64,000 nt of DNA. It comes from Squalus acanthias (Eukaryota). The stretch covers positions 126,854,001-126,918,000 of the forward strand of contig CM059431.1 of the NCBI GenBank assembly GCA_030390025.1. Reading direction: 5' to 3'. A program made the position numbers and the translations under genes. Of this stretch, positions 62,061-64,000 are shown one piece after another. Each line of letters opens with the position of its first letter. Position 1 is the first letter of the stretch. The notes under the pieces are model-generated. The model saw nothing but the letters and a program-made list of their open reading frames with translations, was not told where the DNA came from and searched no databases.

Positions 62061-62949
62061 AAGGATGTTGAACCTGAGCAGCATCAGTAATTTTAATAGG
62101 CAGCTTTACAGACATTTGACAACAAAATCGATTGAATGATGCAGGTAGGCAACTGCGTATTCTATTTTTGAGCTCAGGGTCGAAACAATCTTTTCCAGTC
62201 TTATAGAGTCTTGCATTCCTACTGATTCTTGCTACTTGCAACTCTTCACATTCGGAATCCTCAATCACACCGGGTCTGAAATTCCACAAAGTATTCACCT
62301 TCTGGTGTACATTTGTAACTTTTTCATTAAAGTTATCAACAGATAAATTTCACTACTCCTCCATCTGTTTTTTTTTCATTGACTTACGGCAATTGAACCT
62401 TTATTTTCTGAACAATGAAAAAATTGCATTGCAAGATATGGTAACAGTGAATTAATTTTATAAGTTGTGAAGGCAAGCTTAAGATTGTTATAGTGCTCTA
62501 GTCACACACAGCTATTCCTTTAAAGGAGTTTCCTAACTGTTCTGTTGATCATGGTCTTGTTTGTTTGTGATATAGGTTACCCTCTTATTTGGGAGACTCC
62601 TGACCCCTTATTCAGCATTCCTTGCTGACAAAAGACCTCTCCTTGCTGACAAAGCTTTTCCTTGCTAAATATTATCCATAGCCTAAAGAATTCTGGGAAT
62701 GAGCAACTTAACCATTTTATTATTTCCAGCTACAGTCCAAGTATACAAGCTATTTATAAGTGAAAAGAAAGCAAAAAACCTTAATCATATGAGATTAAAC
62801 CAAATCCTAATCCTACGTATATATGTATATAAGAATAGGGTAGCTTACACCTTGTATATCATGAATTGCTTTGTGCTACTTTGCTACTGAACACTGGAGT
62901 AGTTGCAGGAGTAGCACTGGAGAATAGCTGCAAGCATACAGAAGCTTCA

Positions 62950-63420
62950 CTACCTATATCTAACCTTGTTAGATCGGCAACTGTTCCAGGATCACTGATG
63001 CTACAGTCATTGTGGGATAACTAATTTCTGAGGTGCCATCTGCTAACAATTGTGCACAGCTCGGCTTTAAAGCAGAATTGCTGTTGAAACAAATATAAAT
63101 CTCTGCAGCTTTGATACTCCACGCAAGGCACTGGAAGTGTGACTATTCGGGAAAGGTGCTCTTACTTTGACAATGGTTTGTATAATTGAGGTCTCGAAGG
63201 CAGACATCACTGGTGCTGCCACGTGCTCAATGAAAGCCTGCAGTGCAGATAACTGTTGCTGTATGACATCATTCATATGAGAGTTGGCAGCACATATCTG
63301 AGCGTTGGATTTCTCCAAACTGCACAGATCATCTTCCAGTGTCATTGACCAGAGGCAAGTGGCTCCTCAATAAGGCCTGATGCTGCAATAGTTTCTGTTT
63401 CAATGCAATCCCACTAAGAT
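62950..63420 (-). pseudogene. Decayed Harbinger Myb/SANT exon-3-like remnant
   Basis: DLSGIALKQKLL..LEKSN..IQQQLSALQA parallels the coiled-coil part of the other copies. Confidence 0.35.
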
Positions 63421-63775
63421 CTAAATTGCCTCACAAGGTGGAAAACAGGCACGGTGCAAACAAATTTATTGCCTTAAACTTTTTCAAATTTTTGGGATCA
63501 ACTGGCTTATTAACAGCTTCAGAAGCGTGAAAGATTTTTATAATTGTGATTGGCTGCTATATTTTCACTGCCACTTTGAAAGTTGGTTATCCCAGAGCTA
63601 GCATTTTAGAATGAGCCATAATCTGCTGATATCATTTGGGGGATCTGTTAAATGTTGAAACACAGCCTTTAAACCTGTTTTTTTAATGAACCAAGGACTG
63701 TCAGGCTCTGGATATTAAGTTTACAATCCAATAATTCCCAGGACTATGCTTTGACTTGTTTTAGAGAAGATAGTA

Positions 63776-64000
63776 CAGGAAACCCTTTGTTATCCGGCAC
63801 CGACGGGACCGGGATGGTGCCGGTTGATTAAAAATTCCGGATGACGGAGAGGGTTATCTACCGAGGCTATTTTTAACAAACAAAAATAAAAAAATCAAGA
63901 AATGTGCAGTATACAGTAATTGGGTACTCACCTACAGAATGTTGTGTTAAGTGGATGGTGGAAGATGCTTGATTAAGTACAGTGCTTGGACCAACTTTTG
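63776..64000 (+). mobile_element. Tc1/mariner (pogo/Tigger-like) element, left end
   Basis: TA followed by CAGGAAACCCTTTGTTATCCGG, a Tigger-like TIR; runs out of the window. Confidence 0.6.

Overview
Vertebrate genomic DNA, almost certainly from a cartilaginous fish (shark). This is inferred from the repeat repertoire: CR1/HER1-type LINEs, Deu-domain/SacSINE1-like SINEs, Penelope-like elements, RTE-BovB-like LINE and abundant PIF/Harbinger elements. I can support no host protein-coding exon, so the window looks like a large intron or intergenic tract built of nested transposable elements. Highlights: (i) minimal hammerhead-ribozyme motifs in the pseudo-LTRs of Penelope-like elements (22116, 52231, and a copy at 23472 hit by a MITE at the cleavage triplet); (ii) a full-length, TSD-bounded RTE whose 5' UTR folds into a three-way junction with a possible pseudoknot that matches no ribozyme consensus I recognise; (iii) a TIR/TSD-complete Harbinger element that has deleted its transposase core but keeps a three-exon Myb/SANT gene open for 435 codons; (iv) many Harbinger MITEs sharing a modular design of palindromic hairpins, inward-facing splice-donor motifs and a central slot where different G-rich minisatellites have expanded; (v) two solo LTRs and a multi-level nest. 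All calls are by eye, without database searches.
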